DNA of 37,164 bases. Origin: a virus. Taxonomy: Duplodnaviria; Caudoviricetes. Location of the stretch: IMG/VR virus record IMGVR_UViG_3300046411_000790, positions 1-37,164 of that record; one strand, given 5' to 3'. Positions 9,904 through 18,679 of the stretch are shown here, one piece after another. Position 1 is the stretch's first letter. Every line of letters begins with the position of its first letter. A model generated the notes under the pieces. The model was not told the origin of the DNA. It made no database searches and was given only the letters and a program-made list of their open reading frames with translations. Made by a program: the position numbers and the translations under genes.

Positions 9904-10215
9904 TTATTTGAGTGCGTTTTTTGTAGCTCTATCTGCCATGCTGTCAATACTTTTGTCATCGTCTGGCTGATCCATTTGAGGAGCTTCGCCGCCGGCAAGT
10001 ACAACGCCGTCTTCGTCAAAGTTATTAACTAAATTTTGTAAACGTTGATCAGCATTATAGGCAACAACAAAGCTCTCTCTGTCGTAATGTTCTTTTTCTG
10101 AGTTTGATAGATAATTGTTTAGTTCGTCCCAACTAATTTTAGTTGCGCCTTGCTGTGCTTTTAAGTGAAGTATTTGTGAGAGGCTATCTGAAACAGTTAT
10201 GGTTTCAGCTAATCC
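9904..10215 (-). CDS. Start-less 103-codon frame, probable -1 frameshift extension of the 311-aa ORF
   Basis: Open from GGA at 10215 to TAA at 9904 (GLAETITVSDSLSQILHLK...DSMADRATKNALK); no ATG/GTG/TTG between the upstream in-frame TGA and the last ~25 codons; fills the whole intergenic gap. Confidence 0.75.
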   Translation of the reverse strand, partial: GLAETITVSDSLSQILHLKAQQGATKISWDELNNYLSNSEKEHYDRESFVVAYNADQRLQNLVNNFDEDGVVLAGGEAPQMDQPDDDKSIDSMADRATKNALK

Positions 10216-10224
10216 TTTTTTTTT
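10188..10224 (-). promoter_or_regulatory. Putative -1 programmed ribosomal frameshift signal
   Basis: In-frame A_AAA_AAG within a 9-A run, 6-nt spacer GATTAG, then hairpin CTGAAAC-7nt-GTTTCAG. Confidence 0.7.
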
Positions 10225-11144
10225 GAGTCTGCTAAAAGCAAACCTAAACGCTTTGAAAGCTCTATACTCTCTCGCTTCCCTCGATCATCTTCTTCATCAC
10301 CGCCTGCGGATGCATCTGCTGTTGCAAATTCATCATCCATATCGCCTTCTGGGGCATCTGCTTCTGCATCTGCGTCTACTGTTGGTTCCATTTCTGGATC
10401 CTCTGCAGGTACTTCGTCGCCCATTGTGTCAGGTGCACCTTCGCCTGTTAAAATAGCTACGCCACTTGTAAGGGAATCACGTGTGCTTTCCAATGTTGTG
10501 AATAAAGAGCCTAGTGCAGGTTTTACTGTGCCAATAAAGGTTTCACTCTGCTCAACGCCCATTTCGTCTCTGATCTTATCGCCTAATTCTAACATGCTTT
10601 CTGTTTGCATTTCTGCTGTGTCTTCCATCCAGCCTGTAATTCTATCGACCATATCCTTTGCGGCCATTACTAATGTTGCTTGTTCTTCTGCGCCTTCTTT
10701 TACAACGCCTTCGGTTTTCTTAGCAATAGCTTTTTGTAAGCCTGCTGGTAATTTCTTTTGTTTTGCAGATAAGCCTTTTGAATCATCTTTTTTATCATCG
10801 CCTTTGCCTGCGTCCTTAGCCGCTTTTTTCATCGGCTCTTTTTTGTCGCCATCTTTATCTAAATCTAAAAAGTCTGGCTTTGCTTCTGCTACTTCACGCT
10901 CTGCGATTGCTGTATTCAGAAGTTCAAGGAACAATTTATTCTTCTGGTACGTTTCGCTAGTATGAACTGCATCAAAACTTTCGTTTGTTTCAACTTGTGA
11001 TAAAGTTGTTCTAAGTTTGTTGCGAGCATCTAATAGTTGCTCGGTAGTAAACTTATCTGTGTTGATAGTTTTACCATATTTTTTAGCCAAGTTCTCGTTA
11101 AGTGATTTCACTGTAACTGGCTTTGAAAATTCTCTAATATGCAT
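10209..11144 (-). CDS. Acidic coiled-coil protein, probable prohead core/scaffold-like
   Basis: Asp/Glu-rich, many ES/EA/EG sites typical of prohead-protease substrates; DLDKDGD motif; late promoter ATAAATA upstream. Confidence 0.55.
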   Translation of the reverse strand: MHIREFSKPVTVKSLNENLAKKYGKTINTDKFTTEQLLDARNKLRTTLSQVETNESFDAVHTSETYQKNKLFLELLNTAIAEREVAEAKPDFLDLDKDGDKKEPMKKAAKDAGKGDDKKDDSKGLSAKQKKLPAGLQKAIAKKTEGVVKEGAEEQATLVMAAKDMVDRITGWMEDTAEMQTESMLELGDKIRDEMGVEQSETFIGTVKPALGSLFTTLESTRDSLTSGVAILTGEGAPDTMGDEVPAEDPEMEPTVDADAEADAPEGDMDDEFATADASAGGDEEDDRGKRESIELSKRLGLLLADSKKKD

Positions 11145-11170
11145 AGTATTGTTCCTTTGTCATTATGTAT

Positions 11171-11602
11171 TTATTTATCAAAGATATAACTTTCTATCTG
11201 TGCAAGTGAGGACCATGCTTTGTCTGTTGCTATGTCAAATTTTGTCTCAGATGCTTGAATTCTTATGCTATCTTTACTTACCTCTATTGTTCTCTTTGCA
11301 AACAGTGCGTCCATATAATGTTTACACACCTTGTTATCTAACACAATAATATCCTTAATATCATTACTATTACCGCTTTCTGCCACTATTTTTGCTATAG
11401 CAAGTGCCGCAGTTTTAGTAAATGTAGTTACTACGTGCTTATTAGTACTTATGTCAAAGATACGATAACCATTCTTATGTTTACGTATAACTATGTTCTT
11501 AACACGTATACTATTACCTTTTTGATAGGGAATAGGTACTTGGGCAAGCCCGTGTACCACAATTTCTTCTAGTTCTTTCGCTAATTGTTTGTCAAAACTC
11601 AT
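11171..11602 (-). CDS. Hypothetical phage protein
   Basis: ORF in the late operon; ATG at 11602 preferred over the TTG at 11608. Confidence 0.7.
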   Translation of the reverse strand: MSFDKQLAKELEEIVVHGLAQVPIPYQKGNSIRVKNIVIRKHKNGYRIFDISTNKHVVTTFTKTAALAIAKIVAESGNSNDIKDIIVLDNKVCKHYMDALFAKRTIEVSKDSIRIQASETKFDIATDKAWSSLAQIESYIFDK

Positions 11603-11795
11603 TCGCAACGACCATTACAGTTCCATCTTGTATTAGTTTACTTACTAATGCTTTACGTATCAGACCCTCAATTACGAATCTGTCTCTTTCTGAATAACTG
11701 TCTAATGATCTAAGATCGTTACATCTTTTCAATACTGCCCGTTCTTCGTTTGTGCATTGAATGGTAAAATCTTGTATGAGTTCGTTTATTTTCAT
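11592..11795 (-). CDS. Small protein with MKINEL N-terminus (putative head-internal protein)
   Basis: ATGA coupling; shared N-terminal motif. Confidence 0.7.
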   Translation of the reverse strand: MKINELIQDFTIQCTNEERAVLKRCNDLRSLDSYSERDRFVIEGLIRKALVSKLIQDGTVMVVANEF

Positions 11796-12310
11796 TTCAT
11801 ACTAGCAATCTGCTTCTTTAAAGCAGTTGAATCTGCTTTGAATTGCTTTGTAATAGCTTTTAATTGTGCTTGTTTTGTTTGCTTCTGTTTTTGCATTACT
11901 GCTGGATTATCTCCACCTATAATGCCTCCTCCATCGTCTCCTGCTAAATTCTGTGCAACATTATTTGCAACCTTTTTACCAGCTTGAGCAGTTTTGGCTA
12001 ATCCTTGTTGTGCAAGTTGTGTACCTTGTTTTGCTATATCTTTGCCTACGTTAAGAGCACCTTTGCCTAATGCTTTAGCTCCTTGGACAGCAAGTTTGCC
12101 TCCTGTCTTAAGAGCCGCTTGTCCTAATTTAGCGCCAACTCTACCAGCAGTTGCTAATCCAGTTCCTATCACTTTGGCTCCGGCAATAGCTGGTGCAAGA
12201 ACTGCAGGCAACACTTCGTCTATTTGTTCTTCTGTAAGATGAGGATATTTTTCTCTCAAAAATTTTCTAGCAACATCTTCTTCGTTAATTTTAAATTCGT
12301 GTAAACGCAT
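11792..12310 (-). CDS. Ala/Gly/Lys-rich putative head-internal protein
   Basis: MRLHEF start; low-complexity amphipathic core. Confidence 0.7.
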   Translation of the reverse strand: MRLHEFKINEEDVARKFLREKYPHLTEEQIDEVLPAVLAPAIAGAKVIGTGLATAGRVGAKLGQAALKTGGKLAVQGAKALGKGALNVGKDIAKQGTQLAQQGLAKTAQAGKKVANNVAQNLAGDDGGGIIGGDNPAVMQKQKQTKQAQLKAITKQFKADSTALKKQIASMK

Positions 12311-12324
12311 TCTGAATTTCCTAG

Positions 12325-12987
12325 TTACGCCTTGAGCAACGATATAATACGTTGCACATTAGAACCTTTTTGCAGTGCATTATTGATTGCTTTGGCCAAA
12401 GGAGCCATTGCTTTTCTTTCATTTGGTTTTAGTACTTCACCTGCGGCCGCTTTTTGTAGTGCTTGAGAAGTAATTGCGGCTTGATTACCTCCAGTTACAT
12501 TCTGTAACCTTCTGACAGCCATTGTTGTTTTTTTGCCATCTACTGCTGGCTCTCCACTATCAATTTCTTTGCCTGCCGCATCTAATGCTTTACCTGCAAC
12601 ATCTAATGTTTGGCCTGCAACCTTCTTAACATTTTTATATCCTTTGCCAACATCTTTACCAACTTGTTTTGCAACCTGTCCAGTTTTAGTAGCAACTTGT
12701 TTTGCAACTTGTCCAGTTTTCTTAGCCGCCGCTTTGCCTCCTGCCACAGCCGCTTGAGCACCTTTTTTAACAATTGGAGCGGCAGTCTTAACTGCTTTCT
12801 TGCCTGTTGCTACGGCCGCCTTGCCAGCTTGTTTAGTTAGATTGCCTAAAGTTTTTACAGCGCCGCCAAAGTTAGGTGCTTCATTTAGTGCATAATCAAT
12901 CTGAGCATCAGTAGCTGTTGGAAACATTTCCTTGAGTTGTTTTTTGTGAATCTCTTCTTTGAGATTTTTTACTTCATTTAGTTTCAT
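12325..12987 (-). CDS. Ala/Lys-rich putative head-internal protein
   Basis: MKLNEV start; KTGQVAKQV repeats; composition similar to the neighbour. Confidence 0.7.
   Translation of the reverse strand: MKLNEVKNLKEEIHKKQLKEMFPTATDAQIDYALNEAPNFGGAVKTLGNLTKQAGKAAVATGKKAVKTAAPIVKKGAQAAVAGGKAAAKKTGQVAKQVATKTGQVAKQVGKDVGKGYKNVKKVAGQTLDVAGKALDAAGKEIDSGEPAVDGKKTTMAVRRLQNVTGGNQAAITSQALQKAAAGEVLKPNERKAMAPLAKAINNALQKGSNVQRIISLLKA
12661..12720. repeat. 33-bp in-frame tandem duplication (KTGQVAKQV twice)
   Basis: aacttgttttgcaac(c/t)tgtccagtttt at 12661 and 12694. Confidence 0.8.
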
Positions 12988-13304
12988 TTCATTCTCCTGC
13001 GTTTAGCTGTGCTTCTGCGTGTTGGTTTCATCCTAGTTTTATTTAACCTAGCAATTCTTTGTGATTGAGCTCCCATACGTTTTTGGAACTTTGATTTGAT
13101 TCCAATAATTGGTGATTTCCTAGCTCTAGTTTTTTTCATTGTTAACTTTGCTTTCACGTTAATTGGAGCATTACATGTTGAGGCTTTAGCAACAATACGT
13201 CCTTTACGTGATCCGCTTGTACATCTAAACTTTCTTACAACTTTACCTTTACTTCTACCGTAAGTTGTAGTTGCCGCTTCTGTTATGATATCAGCTATAA
13301 TCAT
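12984..13304 (-). CDS. Arg/Lys-rich basic protein, paralog A
   Basis: RKFRCTSGSRKGRIVAKASTC motif; ATGA coupling. Confidence 0.8.
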   Translation of the reverse strand: MIIADIITEAATTTYGRSKGKVVRKFRCTSGSRKGRIVAKASTCNAPINVKAKLTMKKTRARKSPIIGIKSKFQKRMGAQSQRIARLNKTRMKPTRRSTAKRRRMK

Positions 13305-13585
13305 CTTTTTCTCTTGTTCAATCTTCTTAATGCAATTGAAGCTGGATTTGTACGTTTTGTACGTCTAGCCTTACGTGCCATTCTAGCACCAAGTCTAGCT
13401 CTTGTACGCTTCATTGATAATTTCTTTTTGATATTAGGTGATGCAAAACATTGTGCCATGTTAGCCACAATACGTCCTTTACGCAATCCGCTTGCACAAC
13501 GATACTTTCTAACTAATTTTTTACCTCGTCTACCCCATATTTGCTTTTCGCTTAGGTCAGACGATACGATCTCTGTTATTAACAT
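13301..13585 (-). CDS. Arg/Lys-rich basic protein, paralog B
   Basis: RKYRCASGLRKGRIVANMAQC motif; TATAAATA 5 nt upstream of the ATG. Confidence 0.8.
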   Translation of the reverse strand: MLITEIVSSDLSEKQIWGRRGKKLVRKYRCASGLRKGRIVANMAQCFASPNIKKKLSMKRTRARLGARMARKARRTKRTNPASIALRRLNKRKR

Positions 13586-13590
13586 AACAG

Positions 13591-13598
13591 TATTTATA
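13591..13598 (-). promoter_or_regulatory. T4-like late promoter TATAAATA (probably leaderless transcript)
   Basis: Exact gp55-type box 5 nt before ATG 13585; no SD. Confidence 0.7.
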
Positions 13599-13606
13599 TA
13601 AGATTG

Positions 13607-13849
13607 TTATGAAAAATTAATTAAAAGGACTACGATAGTACTTAAAAGACCTGCAACAATAGTGCCTGTTGCTCCGATGATCACTTTAGTTAATGACTTA
13701 TTGCCGTGTGTGATATCTGCATGAATATGCTCAACTTTAGCTTCAATTTTATCTAAACGTGTTTCAAGATTGATATATCTTTGTTCGCACATATCAACAT
13801 GTGCTTCTAAATTTTCACGTTCTAAACTAGTGGCTTTAGTTTTTGCCAT
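13607..13849 (-). CDS. Coiled-coil protein with a C-terminal TM helix (XhlA/holin-like topology)
   Basis: LEAHVDMCEQRY coiled coil, hydrophobic C-terminus; SD GGAG before ATG 13849. Confidence 0.65.
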   Translation of the reverse strand: MAKTKATSLERENLEAHVDMCEQRYINLETRLDKIEAKVEHIHADITHGNKSLTKVIIGATGTIVAGLLSTIVVLLINFS

Positions 13850-13905
13850 ATTACATTCTCCATTATAACCCTTGCTCAAAGGGTATTAGTAAACTCTAAG
13901 TTGGC

Positions 13906-14310
13906 CTAATTTGTGCTGTCTGCCTTGAATATAATATTACGTGCCTGTGGTGTTGTTCTAAACACATTATTATTTATCTGAATTGTTTCATTTAGTTGGC
14001 CTATAACAGGCACTAAATTAAAATCTTCTTCAAGGGCTTCATTAGTTGGAAAGTATTGATACTCGTCTGTTTTACACTCAACTTCCCATACCCTATGCTT
14101 ACCAGTATAGTCAGTACCAAAGCCTAACTTATTAAACTCTGCGGCTGAATAGTCTGTAGCAACAGGTGCTTCACAGTATATATTTGTCCTAAGCATCATA
14201 GTCTGTACAAATGTCATCCAGTTAGCCTGCTGGCCAATAGCAGTTTTATCTGAGCTGTTGTTTCTACGTTGCTTTGTTTCGCTGATATCAATCAATGAAT
14301 ATACTTTCAT
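13906..14310 (-). CDS. Hypothetical late protein
   Basis: 134 aa; ATAAGTA box 5 nt upstream of the ATG. Confidence 0.7.
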   Translation of the reverse strand: MKVYSLIDISETKQRRNNSSDKTAIGQQANWMTFVQTMMLRTNIYCEAPVATDYSAAEFNKLGFGTDYTGKHRVWEVECKTDEYQYFPTNEALEEDFNLVPVIGQLNETIQINNNVFRTTPQARNIIFKADSTN

Positions 14311-14329
14311 ATAACTACTTATCGGTCAT

Positions 14330-14361
14330 AAAAAAAGGGTGCCGTAAAAACGACACCCTTT
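14330..14361 (-). terminator. Rho-independent terminator
   Basis: Minus strand AAAGGGTGTCG-loop-CGGCACCCTTT followed by a T run. Confidence 0.85.
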
Positions 14362-14392
14362 ATATTAAGTTTTAAACTAACTTTTTACTTTA

Positions 14393-14740
14393 TTATACTG
14401 CGTCAATAAAGTCAGCTAGTAATGAACTAGTTACACCAGTTGAACCTGTTCCAAAGTTTGAACCAGCTGTAAATGCTGATGTACCTTGAATTGCAACTTG
14501 TACTGCATCAGTAGTTCCACTTGTAAAAATCCCTGATTCTGTAAGTGGTGCTACACCTGCGATTGTGTGAGGTCCGTCAGTTGTGTTATCTGTTCCGTCA
14601 CCTGATGTTAAGTAATCGATCGCCGCTTTAAGCTCTGCTGATGTCATGTTACTTTTTGCTAAGTTAATGATTCTAGTTCTTGGTCCTAAACCATTTGATG
14701 TTCCAGCTAATCCGCCGGCACCTTGTGCTTGTCCTGCCAT
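14393..14740 (-). CDS. Small Gly/Thr/Ala-rich virion protein (decoration-like)
   Basis: Own late promoter (GTAAATA), strong SD AGGAG and own terminator suggest high expression. Confidence 0.6.
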   Translation of the reverse strand: MAGQAQGAGGLAGTSNGLGPRTRIINLAKSNMTSAELKAAIDYLTSGDGTDNTTDGPHTIAGVAPLTESGIFTSGTTDAVQVAIQGTSAFTAGSNFGTGSTGVTSSLLADFIDAV

Positions 14741-14823
14741 TTTATTCTCCTATTTTCTCTAATGACCAATTCCGCTACTCTGCGAAGTTGTTATAAGTAT
14801 TTACCTTTTAGTGAAAAAATAGC

Positions 14824-15696
14824 CTATTTACGGCTGTTTTGGGCCCGATTTTCTAATGCTCTTAGTGCATTTACAAATCCTGTACCACCTTTTGCTATAT
14901 TATCTAATATAATTATAGCTGGCATGTATGCTTGTAATACATTTGCAGGAACACTCTTACCATTTTTAGCAAGCTCTAAAAACTTTTTAGTTAGCATTAA
15001 GTTTCTTGATCCTACAAGTCTTAGATAACCTGCCATGTCTGCACCAGTTACTGCAATATCTGGAATACTTACTTTAGGTTCTGGATCGTTAACTTTGTAA
15101 ACTTCAAGATCTCCTTCAGCTGAAAGTTCTTCTAAGTATTGTATGATGTCACTGTTTCTTAATTTAGCACGAGCCGCAAGTAATAATCTTGTGACCAATT
15201 GTTTTTTACTATTCTTAGAGAGAGATTGGAAACTAAAAATATTTCTTCTAACAGCCTTGTAATCACTGTTCGATATCTTTAGTGCAGATTCAATATTTAA
15301 AAACGTTTGTTGATCATTTAGACTGCTAACTGTACCTGTGCTTAGTTTTGAAACATAACGATTGAAAGCCAAAGTTGGAAACTGCACAGAAGTTCTCATT
15401 CTACGTGCCGCACCAGGATCCTTAAGTTTATTAAGTGCATCATCATCACCTATAATAAAATAAACAAAATTATATAAGTCAGTTGCTGACATCCTAAAAT
15501 GTTTGTAATTATCATGGCTTGCTGTTTTCTTACCATAGCCATGTGCATAAGGTGCTGAGTTTGGAAATCGTCTTAGAACTTCTAGTATTAGCATAGTCAA
15601 GTATGCTCGTTCGCAACAGTCTGTATAGGTGAGTGATTTTAATGCACCACCTTGTCTGGTCAGTCTAGCTTCGTGAAGTTCTTTTATAAAATCCAT
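14824..15696 (-). CDS. Hypothetical protein (MDFIKELHEA start)
   Basis: 290-aa ORF in the late operon. Confidence 0.75.
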   Translation of the reverse strand: MDFIKELHEARLTRQGGALKSLTYTDCCERAYLTMLILEVLRRFPNSAPYAHGYGKKTASHDNYKHFRMSATDLYNFVYFIIGDDDALNKLKDPGAARRMRTSVQFPTLAFNRYVSKLSTGTVSSLNDQQTFLNIESALKISNSDYKAVRRNIFSFQSLSKNSKKQLVTRLLLAARAKLRNSDIIQYLEELSAEGDLEVYKVNDPEPKVSIPDIAVTGADMAGYLRLVGSRNLMLTKKFLELAKNGKSVPANVLQAYMPAIIILDNIAKGGTGFVNALRALENRAQNSRK

Positions 15697-16071
15697 TTAC
15701 TTGTTGCTTTTTCTCATTAGGTCAAGTAACTTAGTAAAGCCTTCTTCTGACTGCAATGCAGTTTGAATTTTGTCATCTGCTTCTGGATCTCTAGCCATTG
15801 CATACTCAACACCAAATAATGGTGCAAGTTTTTTCATGTCTAGGTTTCTAATAAGTTTTGCTTCCTGATTTGAAATCCTGTGTTTTGCGCCACCGTCAGT
15901 TACAATTTCTCCACCATCTTGGTAGTCGGAAAGTTTTCCTGCTTGTACTGTAATTAGATCTTGATCGTAACGCTTCTTCATTGGATCAATATCTTTGTCT
16001 AGTTCGCGTCCGTGTCCTTTTAAACCTAAATCGTCTAAAGTGCCTTCTGCTACTACGTCTGTCATTTTCAT
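15697..16071 (-). CDS. Hypothetical protein
   Basis: 124 aa; SD AGGAG. Confidence 0.7.
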   Translation of the reverse strand: MKMTDVVAEGTLDDLGLKGHGRELDKDIDPMKKRYDQDLITVQAGKLSDYQDGGEIVTDGGAKHRISNQEAKLIRNLDMKKLAPLFGVEYAMARDPEADDKIQTALQSEEGFTKLLDLMRKSNK

Positions 16072-16081
16072 AGTTTTTCTC

Positions 16082-18361
16082 CTATCTCTCTACTGCTCTA
16101 TTAGCGGCAGTAAATCCTGCTCTGTTAACTAATTTAATATCGCCTTCAGGATGAGCTAACACATACCCTTCGCCGCCTTCTTTACCATCTGTCTTAGAAC
16201 TAACTGTGCCTGGCCTGCTATCTAAGTCAGCAATAATACTATCTTTTGCTTTCATTACACCTGTAATAACTTCAAACAATGATGTCCAAGCATTCATATT
16301 CTGTTTGATATATTCAAGAACTTTTTGTTTCTTTCCGATGCTTATATCTTTTCTAGTGTCTAACCATTTAGGAAAGTCACGTCCTAAGTTGTCAAGTCCT
16401 GTGTCTACTTTACTATTCATGTATGAGTAAATAATCTTAGAAAAATTTGTCATTTTCATCTGTCTTAATTTGTTTTGATCAAGTAGGCTATCAATGTCTG
16501 CGGCATCTTTCTTAATAATTTGTTCAAGTCTGCTAATGTCTTCATTAGGAACTTGTGCAGGCTCTTCAATAGTTACAGGTGGTACAACTAATAAGCTGTT
16601 ACCTTGAAATATATCTAAGTCTTTAAGTGGACTTTCACTACCATCTTGGTCTACCATTCTATGTATAACTACACCAGCAGTTGACTTGGCAATCTTTTTA
16701 CCTAAGTCACTTGCAACATCTACAGCATATTCTACAATGTTTGGTTTGAATACAAAATTCTTTTCTATTACTTGTGGTGTTGTGTAATATAGCAAGTCGC
16801 CTTTAAAGTATCCTCTATAACTTTCTGGTACAGCCTTTTCAAAAACACTGTATGCCTGACCCATATTATTTGCAAATTTTGTATAACGATCTCTTTTTAC
16901 TTTGTCCGGATTACTTGCTCCGGGGCGGGCCATAAGCATTTTTTGTAGAGCTTCTCCAGACGTTGCCTTTCCGTCGTATCCTTTTGCTCCGAATCCTGAT
17001 TTATCTGTAAGTACAAATTCTCCATTTTCATTGCGGCCAAAAATGACTGCGGGAGATCCGTCCCATTTAAGAGTGACATTGCCTGCTCCTCCTTTTGCCA
17101 TGCTACGTAAACTTTGTAAAGCTCTCATTGCTCCTTGTGAACCTTGTAGGTAAACTAAGTCTTCAGCATGATCAATTCTTGCCGCTTCGTTAACAGATTC
17201 TTTAGGTGCATACTTTTTCCATAGTGCAAATCCTACATCGGGTTTTAAAGGTTTTAATTTTTTATACGTCATAGAAGTCCACACTTGAGCATCTTGATCC
17301 CACTTCCACCAAGTTCCTTGCTTAGGATCTTGAAACACAGCATTGCTAGGAAATTTTAATAATGATGCTCTATTTTTAGACTTGTCTTTACTAACTGGTT
17401 TATCTTTATCGTCTGTATCTACATTGGCTGGATTAATTGCATCGAGTCCTTTTTTAATAGGATCTAAAACCTGTCCAATAGTAGTTTGTTGTCCGCCGGC
17501 ATCCTTATAAGTTTTATTCATCTTACTAAAAGATCCTTGATCGCCTGCTTGGCCAAGTTTAAATCCACCAACTCCTGACTTATAAACTTTTGCTAATCCT
17601 GATTTTATTCCTTCGTCTAATTTAAATTTTGCTTGTAACATGCCACTTATAATTCCACGTGACTCTGGAACAGGTAATCCTTGCTTTTCAAAATTATCAA
17701 ATGCATCTGCTGTAAGTGCATCATAATCTGGAGAGCCTTTAATCTTCCTAACTATACTTTCTACACTATCTAAGTCTGCAGGATTTGCTCCTGCACCTAA
17801 CAGTGTTTCAGCAACATCGTCTGGTGTACTGGCAACAAGTTCATTTGTTTCTCTGTTAACTAATCCTTTACCCGGAGACCACTTCATGCCTTTTGCTTTT
17901 GCCATACTAGCAATCATTATCGCTCTGTGGGCACCTTTATATACAGTGCCATCGCCTGTACCTTTGTAAGCAAATTTCATAAGCTCTGGATTACCAAACA
18001 TTAAATCTGTTTGCACATATCCATTGTTAGGATTTCCGTTGATAGGAGTTTTAAAATGTACACTAATACCTGACTTCGCTACCCATTGTCTAGTATCATC
18101 GTCAGGATGATTTTTCATCTTCCATGCAACAAGTTTATCAAACAATTCTTGCTTGTCAACCTTACTAGCATCAACTGCAACATCTAAGTCACCTGAAGTA
18201 TCTTTTATTCCTGTAGAGCCTAGCTTTAGATCTGTATGCTTTAGCCCTGTAATCTTTTCTAACCATAGCAGAGTAGGATCAACACTATCTCTTTGTATAC
18301 GGGTTGTAACAGGAGCGCCATCAGCGTCCTTGAATATGTTTCCGCCTTCTTTAAGAATCAT
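16082..18361 (-). CDS. Two-domain protein: N-terminal Pol-beta-like nucleotidyltransferase plus C-terminal ligase-like (KWDG) domain
   Basis: LGSTG...GDLDVAVD and VQTDLM in the N-terminal half; TLKWDGSP, KGDLLY, EGYV and IKLVNR in the C-terminal half; start assumed at MILKEGG. Confidence 0.6.
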   Translation of the reverse strand: MILKEGGNIFKDADGAPVTTRIQRDSVDPTLLWLEKITGLKHTDLKLGSTGIKDTSGDLDVAVDASKVDKQELFDKLVAWKMKNHPDDDTRQWVAKSGISVHFKTPINGNPNNGYVQTDLMFGNPELMKFAYKGTGDGTVYKGAHRAIMIASMAKAKGMKWSPGKGLVNRETNELVASTPDDVAETLLGAGANPADLDSVESIVRKIKGSPDYDALTADAFDNFEKQGLPVPESRGIISGMLQAKFKLDEGIKSGLAKVYKSGVGGFKLGQAGDQGSFSKMNKTYKDAGGQQTTIGQVLDPIKKGLDAINPANVDTDDKDKPVSKDKSKNRASLLKFPSNAVFQDPKQGTWWKWDQDAQVWTSMTYKKLKPLKPDVGFALWKKYAPKESVNEAARIDHAEDLVYLQGSQGAMRALQSLRSMAKGGAGNVTLKWDGSPAVIFGRNENGEFVLTDKSGFGAKGYDGKATSGEALQKMLMARPGASNPDKVKRDRYTKFANNMGQAYSVFEKAVPESYRGYFKGDLLYYTTPQVIEKNFVFKPNIVEYAVDVASDLGKKIAKSTAGVVIHRMVDQDGSESPLKDLDIFQGNSLLVVPPVTIEEPAQVPNEDISRLEQIIKKDAADIDSLLDQNKLRQMKMTNFSKIIYSYMNSKVDTGLDNLGRDFPKWLDTRKDISIGKKQKVLEYIKQNMNAWTSLFEVITGVMKAKDSIIADLDSRPGTVSSKTDGKEGGEGYVLAHPEGDIKLVNRAGFTAANRAVER

Positions 18362-18611
18362 TCTTTTTGCTCTCATTTATTTTTGCTAGTCCACGTTTGA
18401 ACTTTTTAGGGTCTGCACTCTTTACACTATTAATAAATCTACGTTCTAATTCTAATGCTTCTTCTCCAGAATAGTGTTCATTTATCTGTTCAAACAAGTT
18501 TATAGCACTTTCTATTAGGTTAGTGCCTGAAGTTTCAATCAAATGTTCTTTATTCCTATTAAAATTAAGATTATTGAGTTCTTCGAGTATAGATCTAGTA
18601 GCTTTTTTCAT
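18351..18611 (-). CDS. Conserved phage hypothetical protein
   Basis: 86 aa; CTAAATA late box and AAGGA SD upstream. Confidence 0.75.
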   Translation of the reverse strand: MKKATRSILEELNNLNFNRNKEHLIETSGTNLIESAINLFEQINEHYSGEEALELERRFINSVKSADPKKFKRGLAKINESKKNDS

Positions 18612-18679
18612 TATGTTACATCCTTATAACGTATTTAGTCATGCAAAGCAATAAATATTGTATTAACGGAGGGCGAAGT

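Noticed and set aside
10199-13601. Plus-strand ORFs (e.g. 10426-10965, 11017-11349, 13314-13601)
   Set aside because: Antisense shadows of coupled minus-strand genes, without SD or promoter support.
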